Source: an uncultured virus (IMG/VR IMGVR_UViG_3300025098_000001)
Lineage: Duplodnaviria; Heunggongvirae; Uroviricota; Caudoviricetes
Length of the DNA: 64,000 nucleotides
Direction: 5' to 3' (one strand)
Virus record (IMG/VR): IMGVR_UViG_3300025098_000001
The number at the start of each line of letters is the position of its first letter. Within the stretch, counting starts at the first letter, position 1. The translations under genes were made by a program, and so were the position numbers. Shown one piece after another: positions 1 to 10,984 of this stretch. The notes below the pieces were generated by a model. That model was not told the origin of the DNA. It did not search any database and saw only the letters and a list, made by a program, of their open reading frames with translations.

Positions 1-3000
1 CCTACTACTTCTCCTACTGTATCTCTAAAGTAATCAAGAAGCGATGCACCGCTAATTGTGACAGTATTTCCATTAAAATTAGCATCTGTTTTCCACAAAA
101 ACATTTGATTTGTACCAAATGATGTAGTTTTATATGTTTCTATGTTATATGGATTAGGAAGTAAGATTGCATTTAAATTCTCTGTACTCATACTATCCAA
201 AGGTTTTTTATTTGAATTTGAAATATCCCCTGTTAAAGCATTACCGTCGCCATCTAAAACATCTGACCCAATATCATCATCTCCTAAACCATCACCATAT
301 GATGTAATAGCCAATGCTTTATTATAATTATAAGTGGTGTTATCATCTAAAGTTAAACCATTTGTCAAACTTTGTATAGTATGAGCAAGTTGATTATCAA
401 ACCCTGCGTTAATATAATAATTATTTGAATAAATACTTGGAGTGGTTAAATCAAGAGGACTGACGATAACATAAAGTTTTTCTCCACTTGAATAACCTTG
501 AACAGATGTAGAGTAATCTGTACCAAATGTGACAACATCTGTACTGGTATTAACACTTGCTACCTTTCCGATAAACTGAGGCATACCTCCTGTTTCTAAT
601 GCTTGTGTATCATTACTATGGGGGTCGGTATATAAATAATAATTATAACTTGCATTATAGAATCTTACATCATTAACAGTAATAGTTCTTCTATTGCCAT
701 CGGTTGCGGTTGGAATATCTGCTGCTAAGGTAATATGTATGGGGCTAAATCCACTTTCGGGAAATGATTTAACTAAATATGTTTTTTGTGTAGTTCCATC
801 ATGTCCCCTATGTATTAATTTTGTTTCTTCAGTTCCAAAATTATTCATCTTATAATTTTCAAAATCGACTTCATTAAATAAGTAATCATAAGTGACTTCC
901 GTTAATCTTAATAAATTTGCCCTTCTTAAATCTCCCGTTGTACTTTGTATAGTTCTGTAAAAATAATCATCATCAAGTCTATTCTTTATGGTAGTCTTAC
1001 CCTGCCAATTTTCATGCACAATAGTTTTTTCCGAACCCTTTTCTTCACCTTTAAAAACTACCGAATAGTCTTCTAAATTTCTGCTATATGTTTGCGAAAT
1101 GCCATTCACTGTTGCGGTTTCCGTGAACCCTATATTATTTACATTCTTTTTACTTTCGGGGTAAATATCTCCTACTGAAAATATATGAAGGGGTCCTGAA
1201 TAATTATCATACATACCCCAATTAAGTTCATATCTAAATGAAGGAGAACCAATTAGGAGTGCTGGACCCTTTGAAATTCTACCATAATTAAAAATACTGT
1301 TATGATAAAATTCGGGATAACGGGTCATTAAATACGACTTAGCACCAACTACGGGGTCTACCCCTGTTCCCTCAATAGGTAACTCTTTTCTATAAGAAAG
1401 TGTATCGTCTGCATGGTAATCGGCAAGCGGAATAGTAGTCGAGTTTGCTTTATAGCCCGAAGCATAAAAATTATAATTACTTGGTTTTTCGTAATGATTA
1501 TTATTACTATGAACTCCTGATGTTCCAGAAATACTTATTCCATGTGTCCTTCTTCTTAATAATTTAGATTTACTTAAATTAGAATATCTCCATATGGGTG
1601 TATTAAACCTTGTAGCATATTGACTCTTTTTAGTTGACCCAAATGCCGAATCATCTTGAAAAATATTATTAAATGTCTTTGGTGATTTATCTGCATTTAA
1701 TTCGTTATTTAATAGATGTAAATATCCACCGAGCCTCATTCCTTGTCCGTTAATTAAATGAATATTATGACCCTTTCTTAAATTTTGGGAAAGTAATTCC
1801 GTATCTATAAAATCATCATTAATATTTGTTGTTTCTATCCTACCCAAAACAATTGGGGAAACATACCCTATTTCATATTGTGTAAGCCCATTTTTTAAAT
1901 CCACTGAATTTAAAATAGGAAAATCTACCATAGAAGAAATAGTATGGTGTTCAAAATCAAAACCCACCGGTGAATCAAAATATATCGTAGAGGTATTTAC
2001 GGTATTTAATAAGTTATCAATATCAATACCATTTGTATTTCCTCCACTACCTAAAGCAGTTAATCTTTCTGTATCGGAATATTGACTTGAATCATCACTC
2101 GAATTAAGGAGTCCGTAATTAAAATATTTTCCATCTGTAAATACCGCACCTTTATCTGCGGTCCCAATTAATGTAGTAGCCCTTTGGTTTGTTCTTAAAG
2201 AGGTTTCTAAAGTTTTACCTGCCAAAAGAGTTCTGTTTGCTTTAAAAATAGTTGTTCCTACTACCGTATCTTCCCCAGTATAAAGACTATCGGGTGTAGT
2301 AAAATAGCAATCTTTGACTAATGTAATATTTGCACCAGAAACAGATTTTACCACTCCTAAAAGATAGTAATAATCACCGGTTGATTGTGAACTACCTCCG
2401 GATTTACAATAAAGAACATCACCAAAAACGAGACCTGTAACAGTATTAGTTGCAGTAATTACTGCACCCGAAATAGAAGAAACATCTTCCCCCGTGTCTG
2501 TGTAATTAGTATTATAAGGGTTAAAAGTTGAATAGATGTATTCTTGAGAGTAAGTATAATTGCGATTAACGGGCGTATTTAAAAGTGTCGCTATCTCATC
2601 TCTACCACTTATTGATAATTTAAAAGCACCTGTCGATTCCACACTTGTTTCCTTTGACTCCACCTTTCCTTCAAAAACAGTTTTAGATACTATTAAATTA
2701 CCACTTAAGGGACTGGTGTAAGTGCTAAAGTATGAAGAACTGGGTTCGCTCACTAAGGTAACATATCCATTATTTTTATCTCCCTTACTTACATTTAATA
2801 CTCTACCGTAATTTGTTCCCTGTATAGAATATTCTAAATTATAAATATCCGATTCCTTTTCAGTTAATGTAATCCCGTTTCTTGTAATTGTAGTGCCATC
2901 GTATTCTGTATCAATTTCATGTCCTATTAAAATCGTTCCGGTAACTCTTGAATAAAATTTACGGTAGGCTGTTTTATCCGAAAAGGTATGAACTGATGCA

Positions 3001-4421
3001 GAACCCGACCAAAAGTTTGAAGTTACGGCCCTTGAATTGGAAATAGTTATTGTTTGCACACCATCAACAGGTGCGCTAATTGCTGTGGCTACAGCATAAG
3101 CACATTCATAATAATAGTTATCCACAAAGAAAGGTTCAAAAACACCAGTAGAAGCATCGTATAATAATGTTCTTAAATCTTGTCCTACTAAAAGTCCTGT
3201 AACTTCTATCGTAGTGCTACTCTTTCTACTAAAAACTCCGGGCAATGCGCTTTCTGGAATAGTAGAAACATTTTGGGTATGGATAATTTCTTTAATTTTA
3301 ATATCTTCATAGTCACGAATTTTATGTTCAAGTATTCTTTCAGTATCATAATACTTTGCCTCAAATTGATTACCTCTCGTAGTGACAGTTTTAGAAGTAT
3401 TTAAATGGTATGGTGTCGAAAGTAATTGTGTTCTTTCAGGTGAATCAACAAACTGTAAATAAGTATTAAAACCTAAATCGGAATCATAGATATTTAGAGA
3501 AGATTGGGCGTATGTTTCTTTTGCGAAGGTGTAATTACTACCTACCGCTGTGTAAGAATTAATACCTTTAGGTTGCGAAACATCATCATCATTCGACTTG
3601 TTCACATCTACAATAACCGCAGTATGTGTAAAAAATGATTTGTCTAATAATTTATCCGAGGTAATAGGGGCTGTTTTAAAAACACTAACTTGTGGCCCCG
3701 TAGAATTAGTGCTTGTCTTTAAGACTGTATATTTTGTATTGGGTTCTAAACTATCTCCTTCATAAAAGTAAAAAGTAGGTCTGCTTACATTTACATATTT
3801 GTCATGTCTTTCATCAGTAGTATTTGTTCCACTACTTGGGTCAGGGTCATTTAACAGACCATAACCAACGGCTACAACATTATCTGTTTCAAGAGGGCCT
3901 TGATATATTGCTACTTTTGTTCCAGCAGAAATGTTTTCCTTCAAACTTGGAGTAAAATCAAACTTGTAAAAGTTCCCTTCATAAAGTGTCTGTTCTGTAA
4001 TTTTAGCAACATGATGTTTGTAAATATCGTCTGCGTAAATTACAATAAAATAATCTCTTGTGCAACTACTACTTCCTAATAAATGCGAACCTTCCTTTAA
4101 ACCGGTAGCAGAATCAGTGTCTATGATAACCCTATAATTAGTGCTATCAAATTTATTTTCAGCATAACTCTCTATTGTTGTATTTAGTGGATATAGTCTA
4201 TTTACTTTACTTGAACTTACAGTTCCACTTCCCATAGAAGATGCTGAATCCGAATGTATTTCATAACAATGTATTCCTAATGCGGTTGTATTTGTTCCGT
4301 CTTCTGTAATAATATTAGGGTTAACAGATGTATTACGATTAAATGTCCCTGCACTTGGAGTAGCAGTAAAATCCGTAGGGATTGCTTGACCCTCGTTAAA
4401 TACATAAACATCGTCAGCCAT
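1..4421 (-). CDS. Very large tail/baseplate/adhesin-type protein, partial (>1470 aa, runs off the left edge)
   Basis: ATG at 4421 (MADDVYVFNEGQAIPTDF...) overlaps the end of the upstream LamG gene. The same frame is open at the window edge (...TISGASLLDYFRDTVGEVV). It is absent from the ORF track, as expected if there is no stop in the window. T/S/N/Y-rich, distal tail position. Not every codon was checked. Confidence 0.75.
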   Translation of the reverse strand, partial: MADDVYVFNEGQAIPTDFTATPSAGTFNRNTSVNPNIITEDGTNTTALGIHCYEIHSDSASSMGSGTVSSSKVNRLYPLNTTIESYAENKFDSTNYRVIIDTDSATGLKEGSHLLGSSSCTRDYFIVIYADDIYKHHVAKITEQTLYEGNFYKFDFTPSLKENISAGTKVAIYQGPLETDNVVAVGYGLLNDPDPSSGTNTTDERHDKYVNVSRPTFYFYEGDSLEPNTKYTVLKTSTNSTGPQVSVFKTAPITSDKLLDKSFFTHTAVIVDVNKSNDDDVSQPKGINSYTAVGSNYTFAKETYAQSSLNIYDSDLGFNTYLQFVDSPERTQLLSTPYHLNTSKTVTTRGNQFEAKYYDTERILEHKIRDYEDIKIKEIIHTQNVSTIPESALPGVFSRKSSTTIEVTGLLVGQDLRTLLYDASTGVFEPFFVDNYYYECAYAVATAISAPVDGVQTITISNSRAVTSNFWSGSASVHTFSDKTAYRKFYSRVTGTILIGHEIDTEYDGTTITRNGITLTEKESDIYNLEYSIQGTNYGRVLNVSKGDKNNGYVTLVSEPSSSYFSTYTSPLSGNLIVSKTVFEGKVESKETSVESTGAFKLSISGRDEIATLLNTPVNRNYTYSQEYIYSTFNPYNTNYTDTGEDVSSISGAVITATNTVTGLVFGDVLYCKSGGSSQSTGDYYYLLGVVKSVSGANITLVKDCYFTTPDSLYTGEDTVVGTTIFKANRTLLAGKTLETSLRTNQRATTLIGTADKGAVFTDGKYFNYGLLNSSDDSSQYSDTERLTALGSGGNTNGIDIDNLLNTVNTSTIYFDSPVGFDFEHHTISSMVDFPILNSVDLKNGLTQYEIGYVSPIVLGRIETTNINDDFIDTELLSQNLRKGHNIHLINGQGMRLGGYLHLLNNELNADKSPKTFNNIFQDDSAFGSTKKSQYATRFNTPIWRYSNLSKSKLLRRRTHGISISGTSGVHSNNNHYEKPSNYNFYASGYKANSTTIPLADYHADDTLSYRKELPIEGTGVDPVVGAKSYLMTRYPEFYHNSIFNYGRISKGPALLIGSPSFRYELNWGMYDNYSGPLHIFSVGDIYPESKKNVNNIGFTETATVNGISQTYSRNLEDYSVVFKGEEKGSEKTIVHENWQGKTTIKNRLDDDYFYRTIQSTTGDLRRANLLRLTEVTYDYLFNEVDFENYKMNNFGTEETKLIHRGHDGTTQKTYLVKSFPESGFSPIHITLAADIPTATDGNRRTITVNDVRFYNASYNYYLYTDPHSNDTQALETGGMPQFIGKVASVNTSTDVVTFGTDYSTSVQGYSSGEKLYVIVSPLDLTTPSIYSNNYYINAGFDNQLAHTIQSLTNGLTLDDNTTYNYNKALAITSYGDGLGDDDIGSDVLDGDGNALTGDISNSNKKPLDSMSTENLNAILLPNPYNIETYKTTSFGTNQMFLWKTDANFNGNTVTISGASLLDYFRDTVGEVV

Positions 4422-5466
4422 CTAAATTAGCCTCCTCAAAATCAAGATATAAAAGTAAGTCTCTGTAATTTGGCATAAGACTATTGATACTTCTAAACGC
4501 CGATTTATATTTACTTACCATAGATATTTCGTGAAACTCGCCCATAAACTGTGATTTTCTAATAGTTTGAAAAGAACCAGCATTAGGGTTTTGACCTAAA
4601 TAAACATCGGAGGGGTCTAAAGCAAAATTACCACCTGCATCATGCACTCCGTCTTTAACCAAATTACCGTTATAAAAAACGCTCATTTTTCCAGAATTTC
4701 TGTATGAAACTGCTATATGGTGAGGAACTTCTACATATGCTGAATCTTTAGTAAGTTCTTGACAAACATATCCCGAAGGGGTATTAGAAATACTATCCAT
4801 TGTAATATCTGCCCCACTTACATTTGTAATAGTTCCCACTAATAGACCTGTACTTGTATAAATTGTTTGACCTATTCCGAAACCCGAAGCAGTTCCACTA
4901 AGAGTTATAACTCTTGTAGATGTATTAATAGAATTTACAGTTAATGAACTTATATGTGCCACTGGTGTATGTCCATCATAGACATAACCCGAAGACTGAG
5001 AATTTAAATAGTTATCATCTACCCTCGTAGCACTGATAACTGTATCACTTGTAATAGAAGTTGTAGTAGTTCCAATTGTCATAGAAAATTTGACCGCATA
5101 TTCAGCAGGTTGATTAAAAGCATCTGTTGTTGTATTAACCAAAGAAATACTTAAATTTGTGTTATGAAATAAAATCATTTCAACATCATGTCTATTAGCA
5201 GTGGGTAAATAAGTCGCCCCCTTTGTGTGTCTTGATAAAGATTTAATACTTGAATAAAAAACATTTCCGGCTGCATTACCATTTACATCATAAGGTGTTA
5301 CAAGCATTTCAATTGTAAAATCTCCACTATTTCCCCACATGCCAACTTCTTGTAAAGGCACATTGCCACTATCATCTTTATGTTGAATCTTAACATACCC
5401 ATCACACATTGCAGGGAACTGCAATGACTTCTTATCTTTCGAGTATATTGTCTGCATAGTAATCAA
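4414..5466 (-). CDS. Tail protein with concanavalin A/LamG-like domain
   Basis: LamG-type motifs GDFTIEM, HHIAVSY..GKMSVFYNG, VYLG, FMGEFHEI; downstream of the tape measure gene. Confidence 0.7.
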   Translation of the reverse strand: MITMQTIYSKDKKSLQFPAMCDGYVKIQHKDDSGNVPLQEVGMWGNSGDFTIEMLVTPYDVNGNAAGNVFYSSIKSLSRHTKGATYLPTANRHDVEMILFHNTNLSISLVNTTTDAFNQPAEYAVKFSMTIGTTTTSITSDTVISATRVDDNYLNSQSSGYVYDGHTPVAHISSLTVNSINTSTRVITLSGTASGFGIGQTIYTSTGLLVGTITNVSGADITMDSISNTPSGYVCQELTKDSAYVEVPHHIAVSYRNSGKMSVFYNGNLVKDGVHDAGGNFALDPSDVYLGQNPNAGSFQTIRKSQFMGEFHEISMVSKYKSAFRSINSLMPNYRDLLLYLDFEEANLDG

Positions 5467-6158
5467 CCGAGAGGAGTAAAGGCTTGTCTAAAGGAAAAGT
5501 TAAATGTAAGGAACGGAGAGCCGGGAATAAAGTCAGTAGAAAAGTTTTCAATAAATCCCGTAATACCTTCAAATTCAGTATTAGAAGGAGAAGGCATAGA
5601 ACCGCCACCGATAGTATTTGCTCTATCTAATTTTCTTGAATGATAGGAGAAGGGTAGTAAAGGTAGGTCTTCTAATTTCGTAGTTTCAGTCACACCTGTA
5701 TGATAAGCATAATCATCTCCTACACGGGAAGGGTAAAGAATTACAAGTTCTGTAAGATTTTGATGTTTCTGCACAAATGAAGAATCTACGGATGCGTGAA
5801 TTAATTGCGCTACTTCAGGTGCTGTCATAACTACGGATTTTTTTGTAGTGTTATCATACTGTTTTACAATATGTTGCTCGGTAATAATTCCCGATATATT
5901 GAATGTCTTATTAGCGATACCCATGTCAATTGCCATCGTAGTAGATTCCCCTGTAATTAAACCCGACAAGGGAATAGGAATTGGCGCTACATTTCTCGTA
6001 GTAGATATTCCCACTGTTTCTGCTTTTAACATAATACGGTTGGTAATTGAACCATCTCCGTTATCTCCACGGGAGGCAAAGTTTAGAAAAACTGCATGGT
6101 CGTAGCCATAACCTGTATTTCCTGCATTTGTCATTAAGTCCTTTGTGCTTACCGGCAT
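5463..6158 (-). CDS. Putative distal tail/baseplate hub protein
   Basis: Immediately after the tape measure gene; beta-rich (FNISGIITE, GFIENFSTDF..FTFNFSF); position-based inference. Confidence 0.5.
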   Translation of the reverse strand: MPVSTKDLMTNAGNTGYGYDHAVFLNFASRGDNGDGSITNRIMLKAETVGISTTRNVAPIPIPLSGLITGESTTMAIDMGIANKTFNISGIITEQHIVKQYDNTTKKSVVMTAPEVAQLIHASVDSSFVQKHQNLTELVILYPSRVGDDYAYHTGVTETTKLEDLPLLPFSYHSRKLDRANTIGGGSMPSPSNTEFEGITGFIENFSTDFIPGSPFLTFNFSFRQAFTPLG

Positions 6159-6162
6159 TTTA

Positions 6163-8070
6163 TCATCCTCTTAATCCTGTTGGTGAAAATCTATTCATAC
6201 GCATAGAAATCTTTTGTCCTATTTTATCCGCAAGTTGATTTAACTCTTGTTCGGAAGCACCTACTCTTCCATTAACATAAACATTTACTGTATTTCCCAT
6301 AGAACCACGGGTGTTTGTATTGTTTATAACTGAACTTCCACCGGGAAGTAAAACTGTTTCAGGCCCATTTTCTCCTACTAAATAAGCACCTCCTAATAAA
6401 TTAGTTCCCCCTGAAGCCATTCCTGCCATTCCAGAAAAACCACCAATAGTACTACCAATAACTCCACCGACAGTCGCACCTGCAACAGTTCCAGCACCCG
6501 GAATTACACTTCCCAATATACCTCCAGCAACTGCACCTAAAGCGCCACCACTTACTGAACCTTTTATACCTTTTTTAAAAGTTTTAAATGGGCTTTTAAT
6601 AGCATTTATAATTGCGTCTTTTATAGTTTCACCCACACCTAATAATAACCCTCCAAAAACTGTAAGATATGTTCCAGCAAGTCCAGCCAACACGAGTAAT
6701 CCACCGCTTACTAAAACTTTAGCATACGCTTTAACGGCCTTCCATAAACTTTTTAGTAATCTTTCACCGCCCTTCCAAATTTTTTCTCCATCTCCAGAAA
6801 ATAAACCTACAAAAATATCCTTTATAGCACCAAATACATTCATTATTTCGGTAATAAAAATTCCTATATTTTCTGTGAACATTTCCGTAAGGGGAATTAA
6901 TTTTTCTTTAATCTTTGAAAATATTTCTCCAGCCTTTTCAAAGAATCTTATTCTTCTTAACATATAGACGATAATACCCAATACTAAAATAAAACCAAGA
7001 GCATACATTAATATCTTCCCAAATTTCATAGCATTTTGCGCCATCAATTTCATATTACCTTTACTAAAAAAACCTTCAATTCCACCTTTTACTTTGTTAA
7101 ACTTAGTATTAACTTTTTCTTTCAACTTTTCATACTTTGCCATTTGCTTTTCAAAAGGTGTTAAGTCCTCAAATTTCCTATTACCTGCATTACCCTTAAC
7201 TCTAAATGAACCCGATTCTTTTTCTATTAAGTCATCTCTTTTTGAATAGGCAATTTTCATATCATCCTGTATAAGTTGCATAGAATCTTCTACGGCAGCA
7301 ATTAAATCCTGTACTATCTTTAAATCCCTTTCTGCTTGTTTTTTTCCAGAATCAGTCAAATATCCCGAATCTATATCATCCTTCAAAGTGAATTCTCGGT
7401 CTAATAAACTAACCATTTCATCGCCAAGTCCTCTTTTTCTTTGTCCTAAACCTTTTAATTCTTCATCAGCCATCAAAATTGAAGCCTTGCCTAATAAATT
7501 ACCACCAGTTAAATTACCACCGTAATTATCTCGAACATATCTTTTTCTTGCCGCTTTAAATATTTTATCATCAGCCTTTGCTATTTTATTTTTTATAAGT
7601 GACATTTTTTCTTGAGTTTTTAATAGTGCGTCGTTAAAAGACATACTCTTCATTAAATTTTTAATAGAAGCGTCATTGTAATACTGTTCTTTTTCAAGTG
7701 CAGTAAGATTTCCAGTTCTACGAACCTTTTCTAATTTATACAACCTTCGTTGTATGTCTTCTCTACGCCTAAGACTTTCTACAACCTTAGCCTCTTCTTT
7801 TAAACTTTCAGTTCTTGCAGTATCAACATACCTAAATATTAATAATAATGAAGAAACCTGTTGAGTTAATTTATATAACGAGGGAACTGCTACCGAAAAA
7901 CGGGTGACAATACTTCTTATAATACCGCCCTTTGAACCAATCCCAGAAAGTTCCTTCATCTTTCGGACTAAACCTTCGGAAGCATCATCTGTTTCTAATA
8001 GTAATTTATTTACATCTTCTAAATCTGTATTAAATGAATCGAGTTGTCTTCTCAATGCGTTCATATCCAT
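6163..8070 (-). CDS. Tail tape measure protein
   Basis: Coiled-coil N-terminal half, hydrophobic and Gly-rich segments, C-terminal MASGG...LVGENGPE motif typical of tape measure proteins; follows tube and chaperone; GGTGA SD. Confidence 0.85.
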   Translation of the reverse strand: MDMNALRRQLDSFNTDLEDVNKLLLETDDASEGLVRKMKELSGIGSKGGIIRSIVTRFSVAVPSLYKLTQQVSSLLLIFRYVDTARTESLKEEAKVVESLRRREDIQRRLYKLEKVRRTGNLTALEKEQYYNDASIKNLMKSMSFNDALLKTQEKMSLIKNKIAKADDKIFKAARKRYVRDNYGGNLTGGNLLGKASILMADEELKGLGQRKRGLGDEMVSLLDREFTLKDDIDSGYLTDSGKKQAERDLKIVQDLIAAVEDSMQLIQDDMKIAYSKRDDLIEKESGSFRVKGNAGNRKFEDLTPFEKQMAKYEKLKEKVNTKFNKVKGGIEGFFSKGNMKLMAQNAMKFGKILMYALGFILVLGIIVYMLRRIRFFEKAGEIFSKIKEKLIPLTEMFTENIGIFITEIMNVFGAIKDIFVGLFSGDGEKIWKGGERLLKSLWKAVKAYAKVLVSGGLLVLAGLAGTYLTVFGGLLLGVGETIKDAIINAIKSPFKTFKKGIKGSVSGGALGAVAGGILGSVIPGAGTVAGATVGGVIGSTIGGFSGMAGMASGGTNLLGGAYLVGENGPETVLLPGGSSVINNTNTRGSMGNTVNVYVNGRVGASEQELNQLADKIGQKISMRMNRFSPTGLRG

Positions 8071-8074
8071 TTAA

Positions 8075-8646
8075 TCACCTATTCATTTTATTCTTTGTAG
8101 CCTCTATTTGTTTCGCTTCTTCTTCTTTAGAGATAGAAAACATAACCATAAAATCCCGAACCATAGAATACGGCATTTGATATGCCTCGGCGGGACTAAT
8201 ATTAAGTTCCTTTGCCAAGATATATAAAGTTATCCGAGAAGAGATTACTGGAGAATCTATTTTCCCCCCACTTAAGGCTGTTCGGTAGGTTCTTTTAAAT
8301 CTTCATCCCCCTCATAATCAAACGGGTCTGGTAAGATTTCTTTAATTTGATTACCGACATAAGGGTTTAATCGTATAACTTCTACTGGTGAAAGTTGAGG
8401 TTCTGTTTTATCAACGAATGCTTCCCAAAGGTAACGAAATAGTGTATCCATTTCGAGAGAAATGTCCTGTGTGCGTGAGTTTAGATTAATAAGTTTAGCC
8501 TGTGCCTTCTCCAGTTGCAGGAAAGTAGGTTCTTTAATCCAAACCTTTAGGTATTCATCACTGTCAGGGGCTACACGAATGTAATGCAATACGCTTTCTG
8601 TTGTCGCAAATAGGGCTGATTTATTTTTTACTGTCTTTTTATCCAT
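8075..8646 (-). CDS. Tail assembly chaperone -1 frameshift product (gpGT-like, ~190 aa)
   Basis: T TTA AAA heptamer at 8299-8293. The -1 frame is open for 72 codons (RTYRTALSGGKIDSP...LAKELNISPAEAYQMP...KMNR) to TGA at 8077-8075, filling the gap to the tape measure gene. Confidence 0.75.
8272..8646 (-). CDS. Tail assembly chaperone (gpG-like)
   Basis: Lies between tail tube and tape measure; ends just after a slippery heptamer; GGTGA SD. Confidence 0.75.
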   Translation of the reverse strand: MDKKTVKNKSALFATTESVLHYIRVAPDSDEYLKVWIKEPTFLQLEKAQAKLINLNSRTQDISLEMDTLFRYLWEAFVDKTEPQLSPVEVIRLNPYVGNQIKEILPDPFDYEGDEDLKEPTEQP

Positions 8647-8691
8647 AGGTATTCACCTTGTTAATAACTACGCAAGGGTTGGTCTTTAAAC

Positions 8692-10968
8692 TTATCCTTG
8701 AATAATCCAATTTGTTGTATGAGTGCATGAGTGCAACTCAAGAGGTTGAATAGCCCAATTAACTGTAATCGGCCCTTTGTCATTTGTAAGTGGGAAGTCT
8801 GCACTTGTTACCATGTAGTCCTTGAAAACCATTGACAATGTTTCATCATTGGTTGTAGTGTCCTTAGTAAAGGTAAGTTTAATTTGATTGCCGTCAGTTC
8901 CTGATAGAGAAGTAGCAGCATTATTACGCAGTTCCTCAAAGAGAAGGTTGTCAGTAACTAAACCTGTAAAGGAGAGATTATATACTCTTTGACCCGGAAT
9001 ATGCGTTTGGCTGTTCTTATCATATCGACCAATAAATCTCTTTGGTTGTAGGCTGTTTGAAATGTCCAAAGTCATGTTCTCGATGCGTATATATTCTTGT
9101 CCAAACATTTCAATAGTGCCATCGGAGAAGAAAAAAGGTCGTAATTGTTCTTCGCTAATAGATGATTGCCCCCCTGCTGGAGAACCAAAGTTTACCCATT
9201 CTTGAAGGTCAGTAGTTTTGTTTGCTGTCACATAATTGTTTGGTGCAGTAAATGTATTCTTTGAGTTAAAATTAACTGTCATTTTCATTTCCTGTCCGGC
9301 ATCTGCTGTAAGATTAACACTTTCAACTTGACAACCGGGGTAAATCTTAGAATAAACTGTTTCCGAAATATCTCTTGCTACGCTGTTAACAGTAGTCGAA
9401 GTAATATCAACTTCTTCCGTAGCCATACTTGCTGGCTTTTTAAGTGTGTATTCAAGAGCAAATGAAGGTAGGTCTGCTGTATTATTTTCACTAAAAGTAT
9501 AAGTAATTTTATTTGTAATTGCCCCATTGGTTTGAGTAAGATTAACACTTTTAATATCTGTATCATCCATACCCTTTTGTTTATTTAATGGAGGGCATAC
9601 TACATTACCAATTGTTCGGTGAAAACCTGCTGTATTTACATTAGAATCATAGATAAAATTATTTCCAGTAAGACCGGTTGAAGTAAAGAAATCATCCGAA
9701 TCCATTGTCACCGAACCTTGATTAGATACTGTGGTAATTTCTTTTGAACCTAATGCGTAGTAAAGCCATGAAAAGTTATTTGCAGATAAGGAAAAAGAAC
9801 CACCGGAGGTAGTTTCTGCACCCTTAAATTGATAAGCCATATTTCGAGTTCCCGAAGAAAGTGCAATTTGTTTCATTTCAATTGCGGTAGAAGGAATTGT
9901 AACTTGGTCTGTAAGTCCAATCCAAGTATCGGAAAGAAGTCGGGGGTTGGAACTATCTTTAGGTGCTGGAACAGGTGCGCCAATATGTTGAATAACACCG
10001 TAGTAACTTGATGCCGAAGACATAATTGCCGAATCAATAGTATTTGCTACTGTAATTGTAGTAGCCGTATTTGAAATAATCATGGCCTTGTCAGTAAAAG
10101 TGTCGCCACTGTTTAAATAAAATTCTAAAATACACCCACGATACAGATTAGGAACAAGAAGAAGTTCTCCTGTAAAAGAAGGGTTAAGAGTAAAAACTGC
10201 GTTAGTAGAAGGAACTTCTACAAGAGCAATTTCAATAACAGGGTCTGTTCCCGATGAAGTAAATGTCACTTCATCTCCAACAGAAGTAATATTATAAGCA
10301 CTACCTCCGGCTACAACTGTGGCGGCTGTAACTGCGCCACCAACAGTATTTGAAGTTACGGTTACACCACCGTTAACATCTTCTGTTGTATCTGCAACAA
10401 AACCACCTACGGTATTTGTAATAGTAAGAACACCTAATGTTCTTGAAACTGAAACATCTTCACCACTTAGGGCTTGAAGAACCATTTCTGCAATTTGACT
10501 TCCAGAGGTTCCCGAAGCAATTGGGGAAGAAACTGTAATATCTCTATCTGCGCCTGTGGCTTTAGGCGATACATTGTCGTCATTTAAAATAACTGCAACT
10601 GTTTCTGTTCCATCAACACCTGCAATTGAAAGAGTAAAAAAACCATCTTGACCAGCAGGACCGACACCATCTTCGTAATTAGTGGCAGTAGCATCTATAA
10701 AAGTTAAAACTGTTGTATGCGCTGAAAGGGTTAAAAGTAATTCTCCACCTGTTCCTGTTGTAGGTTGTCCAGCAACAATACCAGCACTATCAATTGTTGT
10801 TTGACTTGCTAAAACTTGAGTTCCCGCCGTTTTAACAGTAGCAGAAGCAATTGCCCCAGTAGATGTATCAGAATTTACCCCACTCGCAAATGTTCCTAAA
10901 AATATATCTTGTTCAGGTATCATAGATACCATCGCCCCGCTGTCCATCCAAACTTCATTACTTACCAT
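8692..10968 (-). CDS. Major tail tube protein with a long T/G/V-rich insertion
   Basis: C-terminal tube-like motifs (LPSFALE, YPGCQVESVNL, FFFSDGTI, ISNSL, GQRVYNLSF); upstream of chaperone and tape measure; no separate sheath gene recognised. Confidence 0.7.
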   Translation of the reverse strand: MVSNEVWMDSGAMVSMIPEQDIFLGTFASGVNSDTSTGAIASATVKTAGTQVLASQTTIDSAGIVAGQPTTGTGGELLLTLSAHTTVLTFIDATATNYEDGVGPAGQDGFFTLSIAGVDGTETVAVILNDDNVSPKATGADRDITVSSPIASGTSGSQIAEMVLQALSGEDVSVSRTLGVLTITNTVGGFVADTTEDVNGGVTVTSNTVGGAVTAATVVAGGSAYNITSVGDEVTFTSSGTDPVIEIALVEVPSTNAVFTLNPSFTGELLLVPNLYRGCILEFYLNSGDTFTDKAMIISNTATTITVANTIDSAIMSSASSYYGVIQHIGAPVPAPKDSSNPRLLSDTWIGLTDQVTIPSTAIEMKQIALSSGTRNMAYQFKGAETTSGGSFSLSANNFSWLYYALGSKEITTVSNQGSVTMDSDDFFTSTGLTGNNFIYDSNVNTAGFHRTIGNVVCPPLNKQKGMDDTDIKSVNLTQTNGAITNKITYTFSENNTADLPSFALEYTLKKPASMATEEVDITSTTVNSVARDISETVYSKIYPGCQVESVNLTADAGQEMKMTVNFNSKNTFTAPNNYVTANKTTDLQEWVNFGSPAGGQSSISEEQLRPFFFSDGTIEMFGQEYIRIENMTLDISNSLQPKRFIGRYDKNSQTHIPGQRVYNLSFTGLVTDNLLFEELRNNAATSLSGTDGNQIKLTFTKDTTTNDETLSMVFKDYMVTSADFPLTNDKGPITVNWAIQPLELHSCTHTTNWIIQG

Positions 10969-10984
10969 TTTTAATCACCTTTTA

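Noticed and set aside
8260..8270. GGGGGGAAAA as the chaperone slippery site
   Set aside because: It lies downstream of the frame-0 stop at 8272-8274, so ribosomes in that frame cannot reach it
8692..10968. 758-aa protein as a contractile tail sheath
   Set aside because: It directly precedes the chaperone and tape measure genes, has tube-like C-terminal motifs, and no second tube gene or baseplate wedge gene was recognised
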